This document shows positions 26,798 through 39,343 of a stretch of 64,000 nucleotides of DNA, piece by piece (positions within the stretch are counted from its first letter, which is position 1; each line of letters opens with the position of its first letter). Origin of the DNA: Camelus ferus (taxonomy: Eukaryota). The notes below the pieces were generated by a model. The model made no database searches and was not told the DNA's origin. It saw only the letters and a program-made list of their open reading frames with translations. The position numbers and the translations under genes were made by a program. The stretch covers positions 108,316,001 through 108,380,000 of the forward strand of contig NC_045696.1 in the NCBI RefSeq assembly GCF_009834535.1, written 5' to 3'.

Positions 26798-27379
26798 TTA
26801 ATAGTTCTCAACTGTTTGACCTCAAGCAAGTTTCTTAGCATCCCTGGATCTCAGTTTCCCATCTATGGAGTGCAGGTAAGTAACAATAGAACCCAGCACA
26901 TAGCGTTCTTGCCAAGATAAAATGAGCAAATTCATGTCAGATTCTTAGAACAGGTCCCGGCAAGTTGTACGGGCTCAGTCATTGTTAGGGGTTATTATTA
27001 TTGGGCTAGACTTTAAGAGAGATTTATTTGAGAAGAGGACATTTTAAAAGTTCCCCAAGTTTGACTGCCCCTTTATTGTCAGACCCTCCTCTTGCCAGCT
27101 TGCCTCCTGGTGGGCCTTCAAACAGGGAGGGAAAGAGCAACTGCAAACTCAGCTCACCTTTCTGGTCCTGCATCCTTTTCACAGTTGAGCAAACACGCGG
27201 GAATAAGCTCAAAAGGCAGAGAGCGGAGGGCGGGAGAGGCCCGGGGAGCTCCAGCCGAGATAACAGAGTCAGCGGAGGGCGGCCCTTGTGCATCTAATCC
27301 CCACACCATCTGTTTGCTGATTTTCCCCTCTGTCCCCCTCTTTCAGGCGCAAGACATTCTGAACAGGTGGAACTGAGGG

Positions 27380-27800
27380 CCCTGCAGACAGGTGGCCCCA
27401 GCTCTTCACGCCAGAGTTTTCAATTATGATGCCAGTCAATGGGAGAGAGAGGAGGGCGAAAATGAAAATGGAATATTTGGTTGGCGCTCTGACAAGCCAT
27501 GAATCAAAACCAAGTGAAATTGCTCTGGGGTCTCCGGGCCTGTCAGCCTCCCCCATCCATTCTGCTCGCCCCTGGGCAGAGTAATTCCGCGTGCAGCCCT
27601 CGCTGCTCGCAGGAAAGCCAGCCCCGTGCACCGCGTGGCTGGGTCCTTCGGCTGTGCGCTCTGCGGGGCGCATGGTGGGGGTGGGGGCGGGGGCGGGCAA
27701 TAGAGGTCAGAGGTCAGGTCCGGAGGGCCGCGGGAGGGGCTGTCAGCCATGTGGGCGTTAAAGTGTGTCTGACCCATGTCACAGCACTGGGACGCCTGCT
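27380..27800. promoter_or_regulatory. CpG/GC-rich candidate regulatory element
   Basis: CpG cluster at 27530-27760, GC boxes ggggcgggggcggg, perfect DR1 AGGTCAgAGGTCA at 27704-27716. Confidence 0.5.
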
Positions 27801-28871
27801 TCCTCTCAGGGCTCTTCTCTGGGCTCATTGATTCCCCTGCAAGTGGCCATTCATTCGTCTTTGGGGAGCTCTGGCAGGGGCCCGGGGCTGTCTGTGCCGC
27901 TGGGGTTTAAGGCCAAATGGTGCTTCTGGGGTCAGCAGGAAAAAAGGAAAAGCTGGAAGGGGAGAGTGTCTTCTCCATCAGGAACAGGGGCCCGTCTCTG
28001 CCTCTCCTCCCCAGTAACAGCCCAGACTGATTTAACACCCATCAGGGCACCAGCAGAGAGCGCTGGACAGGGAATCCATAAATAAGGGCTTTCAATGGAA
28101 TAGTGGAGTGAAGAATGCTTGTTGAAGAGTCAGGCTCACCCATCCATGGTCCTGCCGTCCAGGGTGTGGAGAGGGGTCCCTTCTTTTTTTACTTCTTGTC
28201 GCTTGTCTTTCAGTTTGGTAAGACTTTGTTGAGCAGAATGAGTATTGTGACATGATTTCAGCTCTCAAGACCTCCAGGCCTGGGGCGACTGAGACAGTGA
28301 TGTGGACTAAAGAAGGCAGTGGGGAGGTCAGCTCTGGGCTCTGGTGGGTCCTTTGGGGAAAGCCTGTGGCATCAGGGCCCTGTGTGGTCAGTGCCAATCA
28401 CGGGGACACCAGTTAGTGCCGCTGCGCAGGTTGGTCACTGCCCAAGGGCAAAGTGATGGGAAGATGGAGGTCTTGCTCACTTTCCACTTCCCAAGCCACA
28501 CGTCCTGGCATGGTTGTATCTGTCCAGGAGAACAGAAGCCTTCAGATTCACACAAAGGCATCAGTGGGCCAGAGGAAGCCCTGTAGTCAGAGGGCAGAGT
28601 GGTCTGCTCCCCACTGGAGCAGAGAATGGTCAGGAGCCTCTGTAGCTGCACAGAAAGGCAGGGGCAGGTCCAGTGATGTCAGAACAGAGCCAGCAGCAGC
28701 TGACGTCACATTGGAAACCCAGAGTAGAAGCAGATTCCAAAAGGCCAATCGGGATCCAAACAGTCAGCAGTGACTAGAAGGTGGGGAAAAGCCAGAGCTC
28801 TGTTCTGGGCCCCGGTCTGTGATCAGTCTTTCTGGAAAGCCCAGAGCCATGGTTAAAGAGGCTGATGACAA

Positions 28872-28966
28872 GGGGGAGGGCATACTCAGTGGTAGAGTGT
28901 GCATGTAGCATGCAGGAGGTCCTGGGCTCAATCCCCAGTACCTCCATCAAACCCCCCCCCCCAAAA
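28872..28966 (+). mobile_element. Camelid tRNA-Ala-derived SINE (short tail)
   Basis: ggggagggcatactcagtggtagag..tagcatgcaggaggtcctgggctcaatccccagtacctcca. Confidence 0.85.
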
Positions 28967-29115
28967 CCTGGTGACATTCACAAGTGTCTGCTTGGCTGTC
29001 ACTCCTTATTTCTGTCCCAGTATCACCTGCATCAGAGGTGGGGAGGGGAGCACTGGCACAAGACCAGGGGCTCAGACCATACAGGGGCTGAACCATGATC
29101 TGTGGTGGGAGGTTT

Positions 29116-29297
29116 TCTTTTAATTACTTTTTCTTCTCTTTCTTTCTTTTTTTTTTTTTTTTTTTGAGGGGGATGGGTTTATTTATTTATTTTTTTTTAT
29201 GCTTTATTATTATGTTTTTAACGGAGGTACTGGGGATTGAACCCAGAACCTCATGCATGCTAAGCACACACTCTACCACTGAGCTACACCCTCCCCC
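29116..29297 (-). mobile_element. Camelid tRNA-Ala-derived SINE
   Basis: Reverse complement reads ggggagggtgtagctcagtggtagag..cttagcatgc..gggttcaatccccagtacctcc plus an A-rich tail; approximate TSD tggtgg..gttt. Confidence 0.9.
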
Positions 29298-29319
29298 TGG
29301 TGGAAGTTTCAGGGTGGTA

Positions 29320-29497
29320 GATTTTGGCTCAACATAAACTGCCTGGCTATAAAAATGGTTGCTTTGTGTGGTGGTGAGCCCTCTGTCACTGGAAGTATTC
29401 GAGCCTGCTGAGGGAATTCTGTGTGCCGGGTGGAAGGTTGGGCAGGAAGTCTCTAAGGTCCCCTGTCAGCCCCATAACATCTGTGAGTCTGTGAGAC
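29320..29497 (+). mobile_element. CR1/L3 LINE 3' end
   Basis: gtgagccctctgtcactggaagtattc..ctaaggtcccctgtcagccc..tctgtgagtctgtga. Confidence 0.6.
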
Positions 29498-29949
29498 TTC
29501 AGCCGGCTGGCTTTCCTCCCTGTCAGAGAGGATTGATTACAGAGGAAGTTGAAATTAATGGCTAGCACAGGTTTTGAGGTTTTGGGTTGTATTTACTTTT
29601 CTCCCTCTTTCTGGTCCCCTCCCACATCACCAGTGCCAAAGCCATTCCATGGATACTTGAGAGTAAATTGCCCAGCCAGGGGCTGGAAGGAGTCTTGTGG
29701 TCATTATGCAGACTGCGCCTGCCCATCTCCACCTTGAGTGTCTCTTCAGTGCAGCAGGCCACATGACCATCTTAGCTGTGAGGGACACGAGATGTACGGG
29801 GCTAGCCACGCTGGACATGGAAGGAGAGGTGAGGGGTCCCAGTGCAGGGCCTTTTCTACCACTTCTGCCAGGCTCCAGAGCGAGGGCAGAGTCCAGCCCA
29901 GGCCCTACAAGCTGTATCAACAAATGCTATTGTAGTGGGATGTTTCCAA

Positions 29950-30490
29950 AAGTCCGGTATCCATTTCCTTTCCCAAGGCTGGATCTTGTTTTCCTTTGGG
30001 GAATTGTTCCTCCCCCAACAGACCATGTAATTTGGAAAGAGTGACACCCTCCTTCTTCCCCAGTATATGTCAAAACCTGGACAATCTGTGTGCTCCATCC
30101 CCCTGACCACAGTGATTGGTCCAGGGTTGGGTATGTGATACTAGCCAAGCCAATGAGGTGCTAATCCAGGATTTCATCAGCAATATGGAATAGTGGAAGC
30201 TCCGTATTTATTAATGGGGATTATTAAGATGGCAGAATGTAAGCCCAGAGCTTCCAAGTAGCACTGCAAAGAAAGAGCACGCACAAGAATGCCACTAACA
30301 CAGGGGAAAGCAGAGCTGAGTGATGGAAAGAGAGCAAAGCCCTGGATCCAGCTTCTCCTGAAGCTAGACCTATCCCTGGGCTTTTCAATTACATAAGCCA
30401 TTAAAACCCTTACCCTACCTTTTGTCTTAAACCAGTTTGAGTAGAGGTTCTCTCCTTGTCACCTGAAAGCATCCTGGCTAATTCGGGAAT
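29950..30490 (+). mobile_element. Old MaLR LTR (MLT1J/K-like)
   Basis: tgattggtccagggttggg..ggatccagcttctcctgaagctag..cttaaaccagtttgagtagagg. Confidence 0.65.
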
Positions 30491-31429
30491 ATTCTTGGAG
30501 AAGCCCTACCTGTAAGCTGATGGCTGAATGAATGTAGGAGTGGAGCTGGGATCCCAGCTTTTGGGTAGCCTCGCCGGGAACACACAGCTTTCTATGACTT
30601 GGCCTCAGTGACAGCCTCACTCCAGGCATCCGTGTTTCCAAACCTATGAAGTTAATGGAACAGGTATCTCTGAGATTGGAGCACTTGGACTGTAGACTTA
30701 AAATGAGTTCTGCAGAGTAGTGGTCCCACGAGATGGTCCAGAATAAAGGGGACTGTATACAGTTTGGGACCTGGTGTGTCAAGGCCATGCCCATTGACTT
30801 AATCAATGACTGGCTGACACAGGAGGATAAAGCTCTGCATACTGAGAAAATTCCACTGTGTTATTTTAACTCGAGAGGTGCCCATGGTGTTGGTTGAAGC
30901 TGTGGTTGGGTCTGTGTCATGACTGTTTCTCCCTCTGCCCAACCCACTCCTCAGTATCCAGGAAGCCTGTACAGTTAGTCCTCTCAAGTGCCCTTCCCAG
31001 GAGGCAGGGCTAGGACACAGTGACTTTTTAAGGTCCTTTCCATCTCAGGATATGGATGCTTAAGGATGTATTTTTAAGTTAGGAGCATTCGGATATTTTT
31101 GCTTAACTGCTTCAAATAGGCCACAGATAAGCACTGAGGAATGGTGGTGGAGATCAGATATGCACCAGTGATAATGGTTTACATGGTCGGGCCCTTCCCC
31201 TCCCCCGGAACACTGAGGCTGGATAGCATCCTTCAGGAACAATGTGCTCATCTAATGCAAAATGACAAAAATCGATAATACTGCAGTCCATTATATAATC
31301 TTCTATGTGTTTCTGTTTGGTTACTGTTCATTATTATTTTCTTGGACTTTTCTGAACACATTTGTCAGACAGACATAAAGCAAGGTGCCTTATGTACGTG
31401 GGTTAAACCTAAGAGTTGAAACACAATGA

Positions 31430-31670
31430 TAACAAAAATAATCAGTGTAATAACCTCACCTTAGTTCTGTCCTAAATGCTTTGCCCACATTATCTGTTTA
31501 ATTCTCACCACAACCCTATGAAACTGACATTATTTTTTTGCCAGATGAAGGAACTGATGCTTGAGAAGTTAAGTTGCTTCCTCACCACTGGAAAATGGCA
31601 GAGACGGAGTAAATCCAGCTCCCTCTGGCTTCACGCCTGTGTTCTTCATTCTGCTCTAACCACTATGGGT
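31430..31670 (-). mobile_element. MIR SINE
   Basis: aattctcaccacaaccctatgaa..cagatgaaggaactgatgcttgagaagttaag. Confidence 0.75.
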
Positions 31671-32479
31671 TAGCGCCACAACAGAGGACTGGAGACTGGT
31701 CCTGTCTACAAAGCTGGACTTCAGTGACGTGCCATAGGGGAGGGGGCAGTTTAGCTGGCAAGGGACCACTTCAGATGCCATCCAGCACATCCTAAGGCAG
31801 GACACTGTGTAGGACAGGGCCATTGTTTTTACATTTTAATTTCTTTTAGCTGTGGGATTCTCTATTTCCTTTAAACGATAAAAGAGCCCTGACTTGTCGA
31901 ACAGATAAAGTTTGCTTGATTGGAATGAACTGATTTTATAACTTCACATGTATAATATTCAAAACTAGCTAATAAGAAAAATGAAGCTTTTTAGATGCAC
32001 ACAGCCTTTGAAAGCAGTTTTTTTGGCTAATACTTAGATCTTAGATTAGTCTCAACATTCCACTTATGTCTGCATTTTGTTAGGTCACATAATATTTAAG
32101 AAAAATTCTTGATTCACACAGATATTAGTTGCACATACTAATTCCAAATAGCTGGCCTAATGATCTCAGTATTCTCTTAAATGCAGCTCAGCCAGAGGTT
32201 TGAAAGAGAAGTGGCAAGATATTTTGGTTCCAAAGTTGAATTACTCTCTGTGTGTAGCAGCTGCCTGTGCTCCTTAATTAGTAAACGTACAAGCTGGAAG
32301 GAGTTGATGAATGAGTTCGTCAGCTAGTTTAAAATCACAACTGTATCATTGAAAACACTTTGCAAATTTATGTTGTAACATTATGAGATGTTCAGCAATA
32401 TCATTAAAAAAACCGCTCATACATCTTAGTACCTGTCTCTGTCATATAGTCGCTCAAAATTTCAAAGTAGTAAATTAAT

Positions 32480-32760
32480 TTTCATTTATTCATTCATTCA
32501 TTGGTTCATCTATCTATTCATGCATTCAAAAATTTTTTTAAGTGTCTACTATATTCTGGGCAATAGTCTAGGTACTCTGGATATAGTAATGAATAGAAAG
32601 TCTTTTCCTTCCTGGAGCTTACATTTGGAGGTTGGGAGGGAGGGGAGAATAGTGGAAATTGACAGTAAGCCCACAAACAAATAAAAACATTAGCCAGGCA
32701 GTGATACGTGATTTTAATAAAAGGGCAGTACTGTATAGACTATGATGAAAAGATGATGGA
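32480..32760 (-). mobile_element. L2 3' end
   Basis: cattcattcatt..aagtgtctactatattctgggc..ccttcctggagcttacatt. Confidence 0.75.
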
Positions 32761-32772
32761 GGAGGCAGTTGA

Positions 32773-34464
32773 TATTGGAGAAATGCAAATCAAAACCAAA
32801 ATGAGATATCACCTCACATCGGTCAGAATGGCCATCATCAAAAAATCTGCAAATAACAAATGCTGGAGAGGGTGTGGAGAAAAGGGAGCCCTCCTATGCT
32901 GTTAATGGGAATGTAAATCAGTACAACCACTATGGAGAGCAGTATGGAGGTTCCTTAAGAAGCTAAAAATAGGTTTACGTATGATCCTGAAATCCCACTC
33001 TTGGGCATATATCCAGAAAACACGAAAACTCTAATTCGAAAAGACACATGCACCCCAATGTTCATAGCAGCACTATTTGCAATAGCCAAGGCATGGAAGC
33101 AACTTAAATGTCCATCGAGAGATGAATGGATAAAGAAGATGTGGTGTGTATATATATAATGGACTGTTACTTAGCCGTTAAAAAGAATGAAATAATACCA
33201 TTTATAGCAACATGGATGGACCCGGAGATTATCATATTGAGTGAAGTAAGTCAGACAAAGAAAGGCAGATATCATACGATACCACTTATATGTGGAATCT
33301 AAAAAATAATACAAACAAAGTTATTTACAAAACATAAACAGACTCACAGACATAGAAAACAAATGTATGGTTACCAAAGGGGAAACGGACTGGAGGAGGG
33401 GTAAATTAGGAGTTTGGGATTAGCAGATACAAACTACTATATATAAGTACATAAACTACAAGGTCCTACTGTATATATAGCACAGGGAACTATATTCAAC
33501 AGCTTATAATAACATAAAATGGGTATTTCCTCACACCAGTCAGAATGGCCATCATTCTAAAGTCCACAAATGACAAATGCTGAAGAGTCTGTGGACCAAA
33601 GGGAACCCTCCTACACTGCTGGTGGGAGTGAAGTTTAGTGCAGCCTCTGTGGAAAACAGTATGGAGATTCCTCAAAAGACTAGGAATAGACTTACCATAT
33701 GACCCAGGAATCCCACTCCTGGACATATATCCAGAAGGAACCCTACTTCAGGATGACACCTGCACCCCAATGATCATAGCAGCACTATTTACAATAGCCA
33801 AGACATGGAAACAGCCTAAATGTCCATCAACAGATGACTGGATAAAGAAGATGTGGTATATTTATACAATGGAATACTATTCAGCCATAAAAACTGACAA
33901 CGTAACACCATTTGCGGCAACATGGATGTTACTGGAGAATGTCATTCTAAGTTAAGTAAGCTAGAAAGAGAAAGAAAAATACCATATGAGATCGCTCATA
34001 TGTGGAATCTAAAAAAAAAAAAAAACATAAATACAAAACAGAAATAGACTCATAGACATAGAATACAAACTTGTGGTTGCCAAGGGGGTGGAGGGTGGGA
34101 AGGGACAGACTGGGAGTTCAAAATCTGTAGCTACTGACAGGCATATGTAGAATAGATAAACAAGGTTATACTGTATAGCACAGGGAAATATATACAAGAT
34201 CTTGTGGTAGCTCACAGCGGAAAAAAATGTGACAATGAATATATGTATGTTCATGAATAACTGAAAAATTGTGCTCTACACTGGAATTTGACACAACATT
34301 GTAAAATGACTATAACTCAGTAAAAAAAAGTTAAATAAATAAATAACATACAATGAAAAAAAATATGAAAAAGAATTTAGATATATGTATGTGTAACTGA
34401 ATCACTATCTGTACACCAGGAACTAACACAACATTGTAAATCAACTATACTTCAATAAAAAAAA
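32773..34464 (+). mobile_element. Truncated L1 (ORF2 C-terminus and 3' UTR) hosting a younger L1
   Basis: EMQIKTKMRYHLTSVRMAIIKKSANNKCWRGCGEKG is L1 ORF2 sequence. The 3' UTR resumes at 34356 and ends cttcaataaaaaaaa. Confidence 0.9.
33522..34341 (+). mobile_element. Younger, probably camelid-specific truncated L1 nested in L1
   Basis: ORF 33638-33955 ([32 protein letters not shown]) with a distinct 3' UTR. TSD aataacata(a/c)aatg at 33508-33521 and 34342-34355. Confidence 0.9.
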
Positions 34465-34560
34465 GAATCAGACATGGTGGGAACATTTATACCACGGAGC
34501 CTGGCAAAGGCTACAGATCAGGGCTTTTTCTCCAAAGAGCCAGTTGTTAAACACTGGATG
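34465..34560. mobile_element. MER63A-like hAT-Blackjack fragment
   Basis: catggtgggaacatttataccacgg..ctacagatcagggc..gagccagttgttaaaca. Confidence 0.6.
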
Positions 34561-36084
34561 CTGGCCTTGGAACTATATCCTTTGTTTTTTTAAAAAAATA
34601 CATTAAAAACCGATCAGTTTTATTAATTAACATATATTAAGTTCACACATAGTCTAGATAAAGCCTTCCAAAAATCAACTCTACAATCTTTGATCAAAAT
34701 ATAGATTACAAGCATTCAGAAACATTCGGGTCCTTCTGATATAATGATTTGAGAAATGTGATTTTTATGGTTTATAAAATGGAGAGGAATTATGTAGTAA
34801 ACACAGATACACATTAACTATATGACCTTTTAGGGAAGGCTCCATATAATTTTCTTGGGTATCTGTGAAGATGTCTTTGTTTCAATCATGTCAACTAATA
34901 TCCATGGCTTCTATCTATTGTTTTTATGAAGATATATCAGAATTTTAATGAACTGTCATCTTTTAATCCTTAAGGAATTATATCCTCTGTTGACTTCACC
35001 TGTGGGATGAATATTATATGTGAAGCTCTCAGTTCACAAACTACCCAAACATAAATGAGTTCACCCCAATACTTCCCCGAATCCCATCCCTGACTCCCCC
35101 AGAAATCCCATTTCTGCCTCCAAGGAGCTAGAAATCATCCATCCACAGGTTCAGGAGGGGAGGAGCCAGAAGATGCTCAAAAGAGGACTGTTCTGCCTGC
35201 TGACTAATCCTCCTGGTCATTTTTGCTTCATGTAGTCAAGCAGTCTGAAATTTCAGTAATGTAAATACAGGCAGAAAGAGCCAATCAACAATTTACATAT
35301 TGGTAAGAATTTGTTCCCTAGGGGAGTGGAGGCCAGAAATTAGATAAGTAATTTTAGAGTATGCAGCATGCAGGTGGCAGATGCTGGAGTTGGGTGGTCC
35401 TGGATGTGATTCCACCATCAGGGAGTGGCCTTGAGGTCCCAGAAACTGGGGAGAAGGAATTCTAAGCTTTAGAGGGCTGAAGACAAAGCTACACCTTTTT
35501 ACATTTCTTCCAGGGTGGGCCCTGCTCCCAGGGAAGAGAGAGAATTCTTTCCTCACCCTTCCTCCCCTTTGTTAGCTTGTGATCCTGGTCTATCCCTCCC
35601 ACAGATTAAATTAGTATTATTAGGATGGATTCATGCCTAGAAATTTGAGGAGAAATACATTCTAAGTTACAAGTCAGCATTCAGAGAACACAGAGTTGAC
35701 AGCTGTCTTTAGTTAATCAGTCAAGATATTTTTAAAGTTTTATACAGAACAAGATAAGTTAACTTACCAACTCACATGACAATTTCGGAACTATTTTATT
35801 TTAATTTCTGATTCCTCCTCTCTGGGTAGAAGCTCTTAATCTGTTAGCATCCTCTGTACTCCAGGCATCCCTGTCAAATGGTTAATGATATGAAAACAAG
35901 TACCTGCATATACTAGAGTCACTTGGCATTTAAATAAACACTTTCATAGAGACTGAACCATCTCCATATGGCCAGAGTGCAGATCATGTGGATTTCTATA
36001 GAGATTTTGTGAAAGAGAACATGGTCATGGTTTTAGACAGGTCCACAGGGGCTTTCCCTACACAGTTGACAACATTTGCCTGAA

Positions 36085-37421
36085 TGTTCTGGTTATCTAC
36101 TGCTGCATAAAAAACTACTGTAAAACTAGTGGCTTAAAACAATAATAAATTTTAATTATATCTCATTTAGTGTGTTTGATATTCAGGCAGGGTTTGGATG
36201 AGTTATTCTGCTACCATAACAAAGACTGAGGTCATTCAGTGGTTCTCAGCTGGTGGGTTGTTATTCTGGAAAGTCTTAGACAACTCACATGTCTGACATC
36301 TTGGTGGGGTGGATGTGATATTGTAATTTATAATAAGAAATATGTGTTTGGTCTTGGCTCAGAGTTCCTAACACCATTGGAATTTCCCAGGTGATAAAAG
36401 CAATAAAGGTGTTTTTTGTTAAGTGAATTATGTGACTTTTGGAAAGCACCTAGGTAATCTAAGGTTAGTGCTGGTTGCCAGGGGACCCAACCACGTGAAA
36501 AGATGGTAGGAATTTTCAGTCTCACCGAGAACCAATTTCCACCTCTGGGTAAGGGAAAGAGGTTAGAAGATGAATCAATGGCTAACTGCCATAGATTTAA
36601 TCAGTCGTGCCTAGGTAATGAAGCCTCCATAAAAACCCAAAAGGATGGTTTTCAGAGAACTTCTTGGTTGGTAAACAGGGGAATATTCGGGAAGAGTGGA
36701 AGCTTGCAAAGCACGGAAGCTCTGAGCCCTTCTCCCAACACATTAACCTAAGCATCTCTTCCATCTAGCTATTCCTGAGTTATACAGTAAACCAATCATC
36801 TAGTAAGTAAAATGTTTCTCTGAGTTCTGTGAGCCACCCTAGTAAATTAACCAAACCCAAGGAGGGGGATGTGAAACCTCCCATCTATTGCCTGCTGGTC
36901 AAAGGCACATGTGACAACCTGGACTTTCCATTGGCTTCTGAAGTTGGTGTGTGAGTGTGGCAGGGGAGGGGGGAAGTCTTGTAGGAAGGAGCCCTTATCC
37001 TGTGGGATCTGATGCTATCTATCTGGGGCTGAGTTAAATTATAGAAATACTTGGTGGGAAAACTCCCTTACGTTGGAATTGGGTGCAGAATCAGAATGGA
37101 CGGAAGCTGAGCTCAGCTATTTGTGGCCTTTTCAACATGGTGGTCTCAGAACAACTGGACTTCTTATGAGGCAGATGACTTCTCCCAGAGTGAATATCAT
37201 ATGAGAACCAGGTAGACGCTTCATGACCTTTTCTGACTTTGTCACAGAACTCAGCTGTATCATTCCATTCATTCAACCAATAACAAGTGGGCCACCAGGA
37301 CAGGACAGATTCAGGACAGGACAACTGAACTCCATCTCCTGATGGCATGGTCCCCCTGTGGAAAAGCATGTGGTAGGGGAGCTATTGGTGTGGCCTTTCT
37401 TGGGAAAAACATTCTGCAACA
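36085..37421 (-). mobile_element. MaLR LTR (old MLT1), split by a MER21-like LTR
   Basis: tgttctggttatctactgctgcataa..gtggcttaaaacaa ... attctgcaaca; TSD ctgaa/ctgca. Confidence 0.7.
36314..37096 (+). mobile_element. MER21-like ERV LTR
   Basis: tgtgatattgtaa..tttggtctt..ggaatttccc..gtttctctgagttctgtgagcc; tgga on both flanks. Confidence 0.75.
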
Positions 37422-38029
37422 CTGCATAACCTAAAACTGGGTGTCTTGAATGCCATATTATATCACACAGTAGCCAAAAGTCTTGATTGACAGCATTTTC
37501 TGTTGAATTAACTAAATGATGCCAAGCTTTGTTCAGGGTCTGGATTAATTTGAAATTAGTGAATTAATTAAGATCAGGTGGCACCTATCTTTATCCTTAC
37601 CTGTATTCAACATCATGAAATCTGAATCCCGGTTTTGTTGTACCCCCAGCATGTTGTCAATCATCTTAAGAGTTGTCATAAACATCCTAAAATATTAACA
37701 TTAATTAAGTGATAAATATTTACCATTCATGCCTTTGAGGATTTCAACATTGTTACAGCTGTAATCAGACAAGCTATGACAGGGTATCAGTCTTAACTCT
37801 TAAAAATAAAAAAAAAATCTGAGAATCACAGATGTGTACCCTAAATACCATGAATGGATAGAATTCAGAGGAATGATTTTTTTCAGGGGCTGAGGTGAGC
37901 AGTGGGTAAATTTCTCTAAATGCAACTAGTTATATTTCTTTAACTGATTTTTTTTCCTTAAGAAGTGACCTTTTTTCCTCTTTTGCTAAATGACTTCTGT
38001 GCAAGCTGTTGCCACTCTATTGTTTCTCT

Positions 38030-38275
38030 CCCACAAGCAGAGATCAGGCTGTTCAGGTGTGTTGATGAGCGTTAACGCTGTCATCACGGCTGACACCGCA
38101 CTGCACGCCCTGCTCCTGGGGCCAGTTAATAAATCGTCTTTGATGATTTGATGACATAACCTTTAGATCTGAAATGGCAGTTGTCCTGGACTGTCGAGAA
38201 AAACTCCTTTTGTCATACATCGCATAGATTTACTAGAAAACATATATTACTCTGGTTTGAAGTCTTTCAGGTATG
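38030..38275. promoter_or_regulatory. Candidate conserved non-coding element
   Basis: Non-repetitive and CpG-retaining. Palindrome AGCGTTAACGCT, MEIS-type CTGTCA, TTAATAAA, TCF-type CTTTGAT. Confidence 0.45.
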
Positions 38276-39342
38276 TTTAAATAATTTCTTGAGCAAACGT
38301 TTTAGGAGTCAATTGAATTGTTCCTATTGTCTTGCCTAAGCTTTTTCCTTTTTAAAATGGACGTAAAAGTGTTTGCTCTCTCAAAGAAAGATAGATTGAG
38401 TATTTAAATATCTGGTGCATTTAGCTGATCATTTGTCTTTTTTGGTAAATATAAATCCTTTATATATTTCCTTCTGAAGTCTGCCAAATATAGTACTTCT
38501 CTAAAAAATACTTACCGATTTTTGTAATGAAATGACTCTTTGTGGCCCAGAAATATAAACCTGGTAGTATTCCAACATTTCTTTGTTCTTACTACCTTCA
38601 TGTTGTCACTTGATCAGAGCCAGAGCCCGAGTGGGTTTATATGGGAAGCAGGATGCCACTTGGGTGTCAGTATCCTGGTTGGTTCTATCAGATTTTGAAG
38701 ATGGGCTGGTGGACTATTTCTCAGTCCAGTTCAGCTGGGAAACATTAGTTAGCACTTGTCTACCGAGAGTACCTCAGAGTCCTAAGGGAAGGAGGCATGC
38801 AGGTCAAAAGGGATGGGCAGAGGGCCCTCATGCTCAAAAAGTTTCTTTTTTCACCAGCTTTACTGAGATATAATGACACTGTGTAAGTTCAAGGTGTACG
38901 ATGCGGTGCTTGGAGACATGTATGTATTGTGAAATGATTACCACAATAAAGTTAGCTAAAACTCCCATCACTTTCCATGATTACCTTTTTTCTCCTATGC
39001 TGAAAACTTCTTAAATGACTGTGAACCCAGGGCATCCAAGGGAAAATCTCTTTCAGTTTGCCCCGGTCAGAGAAAACTGAGGTTCTCCCAAAGAGCAACC
39101 GCAACACACTGGTGTGAGATTTGTCTCCTGACTCACAGATCCCGTGGCTCTTCTAACTATGAGGATTCCCCCTCTGGTGGTGGAGGCTGGAAGGGGAGGG
39201 AGTGGGACAGCTCAGTTCCATAACTAGTGGTCCGTCTCAGTTAAGGGTGCAGGACTTGCTGCATGTATTGGCTTCTAACTACAGCCTTTATCCTCAATTT
39301 CCCTTTGCTTGGATTTTATGATTTACTCTTTTCCTGTTGGGG

Positions 39343-39343
<1 letters not shown>

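Noticed and set aside
29222..29297. tRNA-Ala(AGC) gene-like sequence (also at 26720, 28872, 44486 and 47500)
   Set aside because: These have broken stems, A-rich tails and, in several copies, TSDs, with many diverged copies. They are SINE heads, not tRNA genes.
33638..33955. 105-aa ORF with real protein character
   Set aside because: It is the C-terminus of L1 ORF2 in a 5'-truncated element, not a host gene. The same applies to 5651-5854 and 32708-32905.
38058..38178. Box C/D snoRNA-like layout (TGATGA 38063, CTGA 38090, TGATGA 38141, CTGA 38169)
   Set aside because: There is no terminal stem and no rRNA/snRNA guide I can recognise. An Rfam or snoscan search would settle it.
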